From: Obrimoposthia wandeli
Lineage: Eukaryota
DNA length: 64,000 nucleotides
Assembly: GCA_977020255.1 (NCBI GenBank)
Contig: CDROCS010002814.1
Coordinates: 124,001 to 188,000 of the forward strand
Direction: 5' to 3'
Shown: positions 29,896 to 39,845 of the stretch, one piece after another
How positions within the stretch are numbered: position 1 is the stretch's first letter
Layout of the letters: every line of letters begins with the position of its first letter
Notes under the pieces: model-generated
Databases searched by the model: none
What the model saw: the letters and a program-made list of their open reading frames with translations, nothing else
What the model was told of the DNA's origin: nothing
Position numbers and translations under genes: made by a program

Positions 29896-32069
29896 GAACT
29901 CTTTGCCACAATGGGTGATTTAGTGCTATTGCGCAGTTTTAACAACACAGGCAATAGTAAAATATCGGTCAACAGTGCTAATAAAATAACGATAATGCTA
30001 AAGAGACTAATCTCGAAGGTGGGTTTGAAATCAGAGGTTAAGCCAATAGATAGCGCTAAAATGATAATAAAACTACTGATAATTACGGCGGGAAAAACCT
30101 TTTGTTGTAATTTAGAAAGCGCTTTCATTAGCGTCAGTTTTTTTTGATAGTTATTGAATTTAAAAAGTAAGTGCAATGTATCGTCCACAATAATGCCAAT
30201 AATCATGCCGATCACAACAGTGCTACCTAAGGATAAATACCCTCCTGCTAAACCAAGCGCTCCGTAAGCGATAATAATGGGTAAAAAATTACAGATAAAG
30301 ACCAGTGCACACAGCCACCAAGAGCGTAGTAATAAGCCGCTCACAATGCTGATAATAGTAAGGGCTAATAGCAGAGATGAAAACATGCTGTTCGCGTTGT
30401 TATAACCCACATTGGCAAACAGTAAATCGGGGCTAGTGCCTTTAGAAATACTGAGCCTATCAAGGTTGTTAGCTTCCGCCCAACGGGTAATATCTTTATC
30501 TATTGCAAGTAACTGTCTTGAAGACATTTCTTTAAACCTAAGTTGTATACGTATGCTGTTATCCTGTTTATTTAGATACGTATACAAGCCTGACTTGGAT
30601 GTGTTTTGCTGTAGATAAAAGTTATTTAAATTATTCACATTTAACAAATTGGCACTTGGGAAAACGCTGTTCACATCCTTTAGTTTATTCACATATTCCA
30701 AGAATTGATAAATTTGGCTTAAATCTTCTGCTAACCAAGGAGATGCAGAATCCGTAGCCTCAGGCTGTTTTTGGCGTTCAATAACATAATCGATACTCAC
30801 CACACCATTAAATTTTTCGTTGAGCAAAGTGATTGATTGTCGAAAGTTGTAATCTTTAGGAAAGTACTGATAAACATTATCATTGATGGTTAATTGGCTT
30901 AGCCCAATCAAGCCCATGAGTGCTAAAGCACCGCTTGTTATGATAACTTTTGCGCTATATTTCTTAAAAAAAGCAATGCTAGGGTAATTCCAATTTCTTA
31001 ACACCAAAGATTTTTGATTGATTGCATAAGGTGCGTATCTATACAGCATTGCCTGGAATACACTTAAACTCAGCATCAATGAAAAAATGATGCCTAATGC
31101 AGAAGAAATACCGGTAACCACAATAGGCGGTGATGGGCTGCTTAACAAAAACAAGAAACCTAAAGCAGTTGTAATACAACTCATGCTTAAGGGAATTAAA
31201 TTATCTTTAAAGCTGGTGCGTAACGCAGATTCTCTTGGTTTTCCCGCCGCTAATCGTTGGTAAAACGCGATAGTGCCATGCATGTTTGTGACAAGGCTTA
31301 AGCCTATAATCATAATCGGGGTAAAGGCATTAATAGAGGCTAACGGATACCCTAGCCAACTGATAATGCCAAAGGATGCCATTGTAGCTATTATCCCCAC
31401 GCTTAGCATGGCAAGTGCTACTTTAATGCTGTGAAAAAGCCACGCTAACGCACCGAACATCGTCAACAATAAGAAGGGGACAAATAAGCTAAGATCATGG
31501 CGCACGCTCTCTATGTACGCATTGTTTAATCCCAGCTCACCACTGAGATACAACTTTATATTGTCGTCAGGATAATGACTGCGAGCGGCTTGCAAAACTT
31601 GTTGGTTAAACTTAATGATTTGCTGTGCACTGGTATGATCATCTAATTTTACATCTAACGAGATTAGCGCGGTACTCGCATCAGTGGAGAGTAACCGTGT
31701 TGTGTTTTTATTATTAGTGGCGAATAGATTATTACGCCATCGAAGTTCTGTTAGAAAGCTGTCTATTTTTTGTATTTGTGCAAGCTGTTGTAAATATTGT
31801 AGTAAATTTTTGGAATTTTTATAAAAATTTGCACTCTTAGCTAAAGTGCTATGTTCATTGTGCAATACTAAAATCAGGCTGCTGTGTTCGTTAAAGCTAT
31901 GCTGTTTACTGAGGTAGCTTTTAACCAGTTGATCGCTTTTATCAAAATACACTAAGTAACTGGCGTTTGTTTTGATATTAGCCAAACCAGCTATCGCGCT
32001 CAATATCACGAGCGTGAGTAACACAGATAGTTTTTTGAACGCGGGATAAAGTGGCACAGCTAGCTCCAA
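29892..32069 (-). CDS. MMPL/RND-superfamily transporter
   Basis: Duplicated pattern of TM, periplasmic loop and five TMs; GIIVDDTLH motif; 725 aa. Confidence 0.88.
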   Translation of the reverse strand: MELAVPLYPAFKKLSVLLTLVILSAIAGLANIKTNASYLVYFDKSDQLVKSYLSKQHSFNEHSSLILVLHNEHSTLAKSANFYKNSKNLLQYLQQLAQIQKIDSFLTELRWRNNLFATNNKNTTRLLSTDASTALISLDVKLDDHTSAQQIIKFNQQVLQAARSHYPDDNIKLYLSGELGLNNAYIESVRHDLSLFVPFLLLTMFGALAWLFHSIKVALAMLSVGIIATMASFGIISWLGYPLASINAFTPIMIIGLSLVTNMHGTIAFYQRLAAGKPRESALRTSFKDNLIPLSMSCITTALGFLFLLSSPSPPIVVTGISSALGIIFSLMLSLSVFQAMLYRYAPYAINQKSLVLRNWNYPSIAFFKKYSAKVIITSGALALMGLIGLSQLTINDNVYQYFPKDYNFRQSITLLNEKFNGVVSIDYVIERQKQPEATDSASPWLAEDLSQIYQFLEYVNKLKDVNSVFPSANLLNVNNLNNFYLQQNTSKSGLYTYLNKQDNSIRIQLRFKEMSSRQLLAIDKDITRWAEANNLDRLSISKGTSPDLLFANVGYNNANSMFSSLLLALTIISIVSGLLLRSWWLCALVFICNFLPIIIAYGALGLAGGYLSLGSTVVIGMIIGIIVDDTLHLLFKFNNYQKKLTLMKALSKLQQKVFPAVIISSFIIILALSIGLTSDFKPTFEISLFSIIVILLALLTDILLLPVLLKLRNSTKSPIVAKSS

Positions 32070-32138
32070 AAATAAATATATTCAGTGATTATAAACAATT
32101 GGTTAGATTAATCCACGTGGCATATAATAGAGGCAACT

Positions 32139-32591
32139 ATGCAGGGTAAAGCAATATTATTTTTAAAAGCCAATATCATTATTGGTTTAGTGTTGGCTGT
32201 TTTAGGCTGCTCTTTAAATGACAAAAAAATATATCAAGACGAGAACGGCTTACTTGAAGGTTATGACCCTGTTGCCTATTTTTTAGAAAACCAGGCAGTA
32301 TTGGGAAACAAGCAGTTTAGTCTATTGAGTAAAGAGGGCACTTGGTATTTTTCATCAGCCGATAATAAACAATTATTTGCACAAAACCCCGATAAATATA
32401 AGCCACAGTATGGCGGATACTGCGCATACGCGATGACTTACGGTTTAGTAGTCTCTTCAGATCCGCACGCGTTTTCTATCATAAATGATAAATTGTATTT
32501 AAATTACAGTTTAAGTGTACGTGAAAAATGGCTCAAAAAAATGGAGCAATATATAGTAGAAGCTGATAATAATTGGAAGAAAAAACAATAG
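32139..32591 (+). CDS. YHS-domain family putative lipoprotein
   Basis: GYDPVAYF, PQYGGYCAYA, KLYLNY; lipobox-like VLGC. Confidence 0.85.
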   Translation: MQGKAILFLKANIIIGLVLAVLGCSLNDKKIYQDENGLLEGYDPVAYFLENQAVLGNKQFSLLSKEGTWYFSSADNKQLFAQNPDKYKPQYGGYCAYAMTYGLVVSSDPHAFSIINDKLYLNYSLSVREKWLKKMEQYIVEADNNWKKKQ

Positions 32592-32655
32592 ATTAATTAC
32601 TTTAGTTAAGAGTGTTTCTTAATATCAAGTGCTAATAAGAAACTTAGTAGAAAAT

Positions 32656-32687
32656 AAAAAAAGCCTTATATGATAAGGCCTTTTTTT
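32656..32687. terminator. Bidirectional terminator
   Basis: A-run, GCCTTAT-ATG-ATAAGGC, T-run, between convergent genes. Confidence 0.75.
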
Positions 32688-32746
32688 AGTCACTATTTAT
32701 GCGTTTGTAAATGGCTAGTAGACATCCGTTTCTGGATGGGCACTAG

Positions 32747-33924
32747 CTAGTCAGTCGTCACTTGTGAAAGCGTTTCTGCAAAGGTAGCAACAGCACTATC
32801 TACATCATACAATTTATCTAAGCCGAATAAGCCAATCCTAAAGGTTCTAAAATCATCGCCTTCATCGCATTGTAGAGGAACACCCGCTGCAATTTGCATA
32901 CCTAAAGCCGCAAATTTCTTACCGTTTTGTACTTCACCATCAGTGGTATAGCTTACTACAACACCTGGTGCTTCAAACCCTTTTGCAGCCACACTGTTAA
33001 TGCCTTTACTGGCAAGTAACGCACGAGTTTTATCGCCCAATTGCTGCTGCGCTGTTTTGAGTTTCTCAAAGCCATAAGCTTGCGTTTCTTTCATCACTTG
33101 GGAAAATTTAACTAAGCTATCTGTTGGCATAGTAGCGTGATAGGCGTGTCCACCTTTGCTTCTCATCAATAGCTTCCATGCTTTTGTAATGCCTTGTAAC
33201 GCACGAGTTTTATCTTTTCGCAAAGCCATAGAAACAAAACTGCTACTTTGCCATTTTTAGGTCCTTGCTCTATACGTTCACGTGCTAATTCGTTTAGCAT
33301 CACTAGTGCGCAACAAGGGGAGCCACTCCAGCCTTTTTGTGGAGCACTTATTAATACATCAATGCCCACTTTTTGCATATCAACCCAGATAGTACCTGAG
33401 GCAATACAATCTAACACGAATATCCCGCCAACACTGTGCACGGCCTCTGCTACGCTTTTTAGATAATCATCTGGCAGTATAATGCCAGACGATGTTTCAA
33501 CATGGGGTGCAAAAACGATTGCAGGTTGCTCTTTTTTAATCGCTGCAACCACTTCTTCAATCGGCGCTGGAGTAAATGGCGATTGTGCGCTGCTATCAAT
33601 TGTGCGAGCTTTTAGCACTGTTGTTGAAGCGGCAATGTTGCCCATTTCAAGAATTTGTGTCCAACGAAAACTAAACCAGCCATTGCGTAAGATAAGGCAT
33701 TTTTGTTGATTGGCAAATTGCCTTGCAACTGCTTCCATACCAAACGTGCCGCTGCCCGGTACGATAATAGTGGACTGTGCGTTATATACACTTTTCAAAG
33801 TGCTAGAAATGTCTCTCATTACCGTTTGAAATGAATGGGACATGTGATTGAGTGATCGATCTGTATAAACAACAGAGTATTCGCGTAATCCTTCAGGGTC
33901 AATATTTGGAAAAGATTGATTCAT
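32747..33924 (-). pseudogene. Class V PLP aminotransferase (alanine-glyoxylate/serine-pyruvate type), frame-disrupted near 33155-33265
   Basis: PHVETSSG, VLDCIASG, SAPQKGWS (PLP Lys), GGHAYHATMPTD, FRIGLFGLDKL; split over two frames by a garbled segment. Confidence 0.85.
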
Positions 33925-34351
33925 AGTAATACTCCATGAAAATTATGTTATTTTTTTCACTCAGCTGATCTGTTGGTTATTTAAACGATCATTTAATACA
34001 GCAGAATAAAAAAACAAATAAATAAAATCTAAACAATCATACTTATATTCAAAATTTAATCAAAGTAAGTTTAAAAATATACTTAATTATCAGTATTTTA
34101 ACTTAAAGCTTTATGGTTTTTTATAATCAATAAAGCTATTTTTAGCATTATTTATTGAATCTGGATTCTAGCAATTATACAAAACATAAGCCAGCGATGG
34201 CTTTAAGTACACTCGTTAACTGGAGCCATTATTTGAGTGTAATTGTATAAAAATCCATTTAAATGAAATTATTTTAATAAATTTCATTTACAAAGCGATG
34301 GAACTGCTTTATTTTATACTTTCATTATTGCAACCACTAGCCGAGGATAAG

Positions 34352-35101
34352 ATGAAAATACTGGTAGCGATTAAACGTGTTGTTGATGCAAACGTGAAAG
34401 TCCGAATTAAAGCAGATCAAAGTGATGTAGAACTGACTAACATTAAAATGGCGATAAACCCTTTTGATGAAATAGCCGTTGAAGAAGCTGTACGCTTAAA
34501 AGAGAGTGGCATCGCATCACATGTTTTAGTCGTAAGTGTTGGATCTAATGCCTGCCAAGAGCAATTGCGTACCGCGTTGGCTTTAGGTGCTGATAGTGCG
34601 TTGCAAATTGAAGCACCTGATAACCTTGAGCCATTAGCGATCGCTAAACTCCTTGCAAAATTGGTGATACAAGAGCAGCCAAAGCTAGTTATTTTAGGTA
34701 AGCAATCTATTGATGCTGACAATAATCAAACCGGGCAAATGCTGGCTGCATTAACTAATATGGCGCAAGGTACTTTTGCTTCTAAGCTTGAAATAGCAGG
34801 TGACAGCATTAAAGTAACACGTGAAATAGATGGTGGATTACAACAGCTTGAATTGGCACTGCCTGCAATTATTACCGCTGACTTACGCTTAAATGAACCT
34901 AGATATGCATCATTACCTAATATCATGAAAGCCAAAAGAAAGCCTTTAACCACCGTCAGCTATGAATCTTTAGGCGTTGATATAGCGACAGGTTTAACCA
35001 CCTTGCAAGTGTTTGCACCACCTGAACGTGCCGCGGGTATCAAAGTGGCATCAGTTAGTGAGTTGGTAGAAAAATTACAACATGAAGCGGGAGTTATTTG
35101 A
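34352..35101 (+). CDS. etfB: Electron transfer flavoprotein beta subunit
   Basis: [36 protein letters not shown]; ATG at 34352 follows a GAGGA RBS. Confidence 0.96.
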   Translation: MKILVAIKRVVDANVKVRIKADQSDVELTNIKMAINPFDEIAVEEAVRLKESGIASHVLVVSVGSNACQEQLRTALALGADSALQIEAPDNLEPLAIAKLLAKLVIQEQPKLVILGKQSIDADNNQTGQMLAALTNMAQGTFASKLEIAGDSIKVTREIDGGLQQLELALPAIITADLRLNEPRYASLPNIMKAKRKPLTTVSYESLGVDIATGLTTLQVFAPPERAAGIKVASVSELVEKLQHEAGVI

Positions 35102-36111
35102 TGTCTATATTAGTAATTGCAGAGCACGATAATAATACGCTAAATTCAGCAACCTATAGTGCTTTACAAGCGGCATTAGAGATAAAAGCAGCGCTACAGC
35201 AAAAGAATGCAGTACAAGGTATAGCTAATAATGCTGCTATCACTTTGTTGATTGCAGGATTACAAGGCGATGATTCTGAAGTTGTAACTCAAGCAAAAAA
35301 CTGTGGCGTTATCGACAAGGTACTGTTGATCGAAACAGCTGCACTAGCACAGCAACTTGTTGAAGATATGACACAAGTAGTACTAAAGCTGCATGAAAAT
35401 GCCAAATATAGTCATATTTTGGCACCAGCCACTGCCAATGGTAAAAACATTTTGCCAAGAGTGGCCGCTTTGTTAAATGTTTCACAGTTATCAGAAGTGA
35501 TTGAAGTGGTGAGCGATGATACGTTTATTCGCCCTATTTATGCAGGCAATGCGTTAGCAAAAGTGCAAAGTGCAGATGTTGTTAAAGTGATGAGTATTCG
35601 TAGCGCTTCTTTTAATTTAGTAACTGATGGCACACAAGCCACCGTTGTTGAAACAATAGATACAAACACATTAGCACTGGCTGAAAACCTACATAGCCGT
35701 TGGATTGAAAACCAGCTTAGTATTTCAGAACGCCCAGAGCTGGCCTCTGCACGTATTGTTATATCTGGCGGACGTGGTATGCAAAGTGGCGAGAACTTCC
35801 CATTACTAGAAGCCGTTGCAGATAATTTAGGTGCAGCTGTAGGCGCATCTAGAGCAGCTGTAGATGCAGGCTTTGTGAGCAATGATATGCAAGTAGGCCA
35901 AACCGGTAAAATTGTAGCACCAGATCTTTATATCGCGGTGGGTATTTCAGGGGCTATTCAGCATTTAGCCGGCATGAAAGATTCGAAAGTAATTGTGGCT
36001 ATTAATAAAGATGAAGAAGCGCCCATTTTTGGAGTGGCAGACTACGGCTTAACAGCCGATTTGTTTGAAGCTTTACCCGAATTACATCAGCAGTTAGCAG
36101 CACGTGATTAA
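35101..36111 (+). CDS. etfA: Electron transfer flavoprotein alpha subunit
   Basis: [29 protein letters not shown]; TGATG overlap with etfB. Confidence 0.96.
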   Translation: MSILVIAEHDNNTLNSATYSALQAALEIKAALQQKNAVQGIANNAAITLLIAGLQGDDSEVVTQAKNCGVIDKVLLIETAALAQQLVEDMTQVVLKLHENAKYSHILAPATANGKNILPRVAALLNVSQLSEVIEVVSDDTFIRPIYAGNALAKVQSADVVKVMSIRSASFNLVTDGTQATVVETIDTNTLALAENLHSRWIENQLSISERPELASARIVISGGRGMQSGENFPLLEAVADNLGAAVGASRAAVDAGFVSNDMQVGQTGKIVAPDLYIAVGISGAIQHLAGMKDSKVIVAINKDEEAPIFGVADYGLTADLFEALPELHQQLAARD

Positions 36112-37018
36112 GGAAATGAACCCCTCAATGAATGATCAAAAAGATGCTAGTGTGCCGACTTCTGCAAAATCGCGCTACCGCATAGTGCTCGATTGTCCGG
36201 ATCGTATTGGTATCGTCACAAAAGTAGGTGAAATCATTGCGCGCAATGGTGGTTGGATTAGTGAAGCTGCTCAGCATTCGGATGAAGATAATTGCTGGTT
36301 TTTTGCACGTTTTGAAATTCAAGCAACTTCACTTTCTATTAGCAAAGAAGCACTGTATGCGCAATTTTTACCGATTATAGCAGAATTTAAGCTTAATTTA
36401 CGTATTGAAGATAGCCGCCAAAAGAAGCAAGTGGTACTCATGGCCAGTAAAGGCAGCCATTGCCTTTCGGACTTGCTCGATAGATGGAAAAGTGGCGATC
36501 TTGAGTGTGATATCGCCTGTGTTATATCCAACCATGATGATCTGCGTGGGTTAGTGGAATATTATCAAATTCCCTATCACAAAGTGGTTATCGAAAAAGA
36601 TAATAAAACACCAGGTTTTATCGAAGTAGAAACCTTAGTAGAACAATACAATGCTGATTGTGTGGTGCTAGCACGCTACATGCAAATTTTACCTGAATCA
36701 CTTTGCGAAAAATTAAAGTACCAAGTGATTAATATACATCATAGCTTTTTGCCCGCGTTTATTGGTGCAAAGCCTTATCATCAAGCTAGTAATCGAGGGG
36801 TGAAGTTAATTGGCGCTACGTGCCATTATGTGACAGCAGATTTGGATGAAGGCCCTATTATTGAGCAAGATGTGGTGCGTGTAACCCATAATGAGCAAGT
36901 GACAGATTTGGTGCGTTTAGGTAAAGATGTTGAAAAAACAGTGCTAGCAAGAGGATTACGCGCGCACTTAGAAGATCGAATTTTGGTGCAGGGTAATAAA
37001 ACCGTCGTGTTTAATTAA
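36104..37018 (+). CDS. purU: Formyltetrahydrofolate deformylase
   Basis: ACT domain (CPDRIGIV), LARYMQIL, INIHHSFLPAF.GAKPY, GPIIEQDV. Confidence 0.95.
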   Translation: MIKEMNPSMNDQKDASVPTSAKSRYRIVLDCPDRIGIVTKVGEIIARNGGWISEAAQHSDEDNCWFFARFEIQATSLSISKEALYAQFLPIIAEFKLNLRIEDSRQKKQVVLMASKGSHCLSDLLDRWKSGDLECDIACVISNHDDLRGLVEYYQIPYHKVVIEKDNKTPGFIEVETLVEQYNADCVVLARYMQILPESLCEKLKYQVINIHHSFLPAFIGAKPYHQASNRGVKLIGATCHYVTADLDEGPIIEQDVVRVTHNEQVTDLVRLGKDVEKTVLARGLRAHLEDRILVQGNKTVVFN

Positions 37019-37092
37019 GGCGCGAGCTAAATGCATACTAAAAATACATATTATAATAATTTTGCCATGTGCAAAATTGAGAGGAAAGAATC

Positions 37093-39543
37093 ATGAGCAA
37101 ACAACTTCCATCTTCGGCTCAGGTCGTTATTGTAGGCGGCGGAGTCATTGGCTGCAGCATCGCCTATCATTTAACAAAATTAGGCTTCACCGATGTAGTG
37201 CTACTAGAGCGTCGCCAGCTCACTTGTGGCACAACGTGGCATGCTGCGGGCTTAGTACCTACATTACGTGCCAATTATAATATGTCAATGCTGGCAAAAT
37301 ACAGCGCTAACTTATATGAGCAACTAGAAGCTGAAACAGGCCAAGCGACCGGCTTTACGCGCAACGGTTCTTTAACCATCGCGACTAACAAAGAGCGGTT
37401 AGCTGAAATAAAGCGTGGCGCATCAATGGCAAAAGTCGCAGGCTTTCCCTGTGATGTTATTAATCCACAACAAGCGCGTGATCTTTGGCCGCTACTTAAC
37501 ATTGATGATGTTTTAGGTGCTATACATTTGCCAATGGATGGCACAGTCAATCCAGTAGACGTTACCCAAGCATTAGCAAAAGGTGCGCGTTTAGGCGGTG
37601 CTCAAATTTTTGAGGACGTTAAAGTTCTTGATATGAAAATTAAAGATGGCAAAGTGGCAGGCGTTATTACCGAGCAAGGTGATATAGCGGCAGAATACGT
37701 GGTTAACTGTGCCGGCATGTGGGCACGAGAATTTGGTAAAAAAGCGGGAGTTAACGTGCCTTTGCACGCGGCTGAGCACTTTTATGTGGTTACCGAAAGC
37801 ATGCCTAATTTGCAGGCAGGGTTACCTACGCTACGTGATATGGATGGCTTTTGTTATTACAAAGAAGATGCAGGTAAGCTGTTAGTAGGCATGTTTGAGC
37901 CAGGCGCGAAACCTTGGGGCATGGATGGCATTCCTGAAGACTTCTTCTTCGATGAGCTCCCAGAAGATTTCGATCATTTAGAACCTTATTTAGAAGCGGC
38001 GATGCATCGTGTGCCCGAGTTAGAGCGCACGGGCTTACAAGTGTTTTTCAACGGTCCAGAATCATTTACCCCAGATGACCGCTATCACTTGGGTGAATCA
38101 CCAGAACTGGGTAATTACTTTGTAGCCGCTGGTTTTAACTCAGTGGGCATTCAATCAGCTGGCGGTGCAGGTAAAATGCTGGCCGAATGGATCAAAAAAG
38201 GCCATGCACCACAAGATTTATGGGATGTAGATATTCGTCGTAACATGCCATATCAAGGTACCCAAGCCTTCTTGCAAGAGCGTACGACTGAAACACTGGG
38301 CTTATTGTATGAAACGCATTATCCATTTAAACAGTATAATACTGCGCGTGGTGTGCGCCGCTCAGTACTGCATGATCAGTTAAAGCAACAAGGTGCTGTT
38401 TTTGGCTCAGAAAATGGCTGGGAGCGCGCTAACTGGTTTGCCAACGAAGGGCAAGAAAGAGAGTATAAGTACTCTTTTGGCAGACAAAACTGGTTTGATA
38501 ATAATGCTCAAGAGCACGCAGCGGTGCGTAATGCCGTGGGTGTTATTGATCAAAGCTCGTTTTCAAAATATCAGCTAGAAGGGCCCGATGCCGAGCAGTT
38601 CCTCAATCGTGTTTGCTCTAACAACATCTCAGTCGCGATCGATAAAATGGTTTATACACAGTGGTTAAATGATCGCGGTGGCATTGAGGCGGATGTCACT
38701 GTTACTCGCTTAAGTGAAGATCGTTTTCTGGTTGTATCAGGTGCCGCTTGTCAAAATCGCGATATTGACTGGCTAAAACGTAATAAAGCGGCCACAGAAA
38801 CAGTCATTATTACTGATGTGACTTCCGCTTACGCAGTTATTACGGTGATGGGCCCACGCTCAAGAGAAACGCTTGCAAAACTAACTGCTGCTGATATGAG
38901 CAATGAAGCATTTCCTTTTGCTACTTCAAAAGAAATCGATATGCATTATGCAATGGTGCGCGCATCGCGCATTACCTATGTTGGTGAATTAGGCTGGGAG
39001 CTGTATGTTGCAACTGAGTACGCTCCAAGTGTATACGATGCCGTAATGCAGGCAGGTGAAGAGTTTGGTATCCGCCCTTATGGCTATCACACCATGAATT
39101 CACTGCGCATGGAAAAATGTTATCGCCATTGGGGCCACGATATTACCGATGCCGACACTGCATTAGAAGCAGGCCTTGGTTTTGCCTCTGATTTTAATAA
39201 AGAGTCTGGGTTTACAGGTCGTGAAGCGTTACTTGAGCAAAAAGCAGCGGGGCCACTTAAACGCCGCTTTGTCGCCTTTTTATTCGAAGATCCGGAGCCT
39301 CTTTGCTACCACGAAGAGCCTATTTACGCTAACGGTGTAATAGTCGGGCGCACCACCGCGGGTATGTTTGCTCACACCTTAGGTGCGACCATTGCGATGG
39401 GTTATGTTGAGTTTGACCAAGGAGTCACTAAAGATTGGCTAGACAGTAGTGTTTTTGAAATTGAAGTGGAGTGTCAGCGTTATAAAGTCACACCTTCATT
39501 GCGTTCTTTCTATGATCCAAAGATGGAAAAAATAAAGTGCTAA
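37093..39543 (+). CDS. Sarcosine/dimethylglycine-dehydrogenase-like DAO-GcvT fusion flavoprotein
   Basis: GGGVIG, GTTWHAAG, NGPESFTPD, C-terminal GcvT folate-binding domain. Confidence 0.92.
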   Translation: MSKQLPSSAQVVIVGGGVIGCSIAYHLTKLGFTDVVLLERRQLTCGTTWHAAGLVPTLRANYNMSMLAKYSANLYEQLEAETGQATGFTRNGSLTIATNKERLAEIKRGASMAKVAGFPCDVINPQQARDLWPLLNIDDVLGAIHLPMDGTVNPVDVTQALAKGARLGGAQIFEDVKVLDMKIKDGKVAGVITEQGDIAAEYVVNCAGMWAREFGKKAGVNVPLHAAEHFYVVTESMPNLQAGLPTLRDMDGFCYYKEDAGKLLVGMFEPGAKPWGMDGIPEDFFFDELPEDFDHLEPYLEAAMHRVPELERTGLQVFFNGPESFTPDDRYHLGESPELGNYFVAAGFNSVGIQSAGGAGKMLAEWIKKGHAPQDLWDVDIRRNMPYQGTQAFLQERTTETLGLLYETHYPFKQYNTARGVRRSVLHDQLKQQGAVFGSENGWERANWFANEGQEREYKYSFGRQNWFDNNAQEHAAVRNAVGVIDQSSFSKYQLEGPDAEQFLNRVCSNNISVAIDKMVYTQWLNDRGGIEADVTVTRLSEDRFLVVSGAACQNRDIDWLKRNKAATETVIITDVTSAYAVITVMGPRSRETLAKLTAADMSNEAFPFATSKEIDMHYAMVRASRITYVGELGWELYVATEYAPSVYDAVMQAGEEFGIRPYGYHTMNSLRMEKCYRHWGHDITDADTALEAGLGFASDFNKESGFTGREALLEQKAAGPLKRRFVAFLFEDPEPLCYHEEPIYANGVIVGRTTAGMFAHTLGATIAMGYVEFDQGVTKDWLDSSVFEIEVECQRYKVTPSLRSFYDPKMEKIKC

Positions 39544-39566
39544 AAACGCTTTAGTTTGAAAATCGA

Positions 39567-39605
39567 TAGAGCAAGATAAATGAATATTTTTATCTTGCTC
39601 TACTT
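39567..39605 (+). terminator. Terminator hairpin
   Basis: 14-bp inverted repeat TAGAGCAAGATAAA / TTTATCTTGCTCTA. Confidence 0.65.
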
Positions 39606-39633
39606 TAACAGCGAAAAATACCCGTTAACTGTA

Positions 39634-39680
39634 CCCTTTCCCTTTCCCTTTCCCTTTCCCTTTTTCATCCCCATATCCCC
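39634..39680. repeat. (CCCTTT)x5 plus two C4 tracts
   Basis: Five perfect hexamers at 39634-39663, then CCCC at 39669-39672 and 39677-39680. Confidence 0.9.
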
Positions 39681-39845
39681 TTAATAACAGTTTCTTAAAT
39701 AGCTTATTTAATTCAAATCCTCTAATAGTTCAGGTATAAATACGCGTTTATTCAAATCAGTGCGAATAAAATATAAGCTAGACTAGCTTGTGTATCAAAA
39801 CTAGTTCAAGCTGTGCGAAATTGAATTTAAAGAGCTTTTAGAAAA

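Noticed and set aside
32139-32591. Selenoprotein form of the YHS family
   Set aside because: No in-frame TGA in the ORF.
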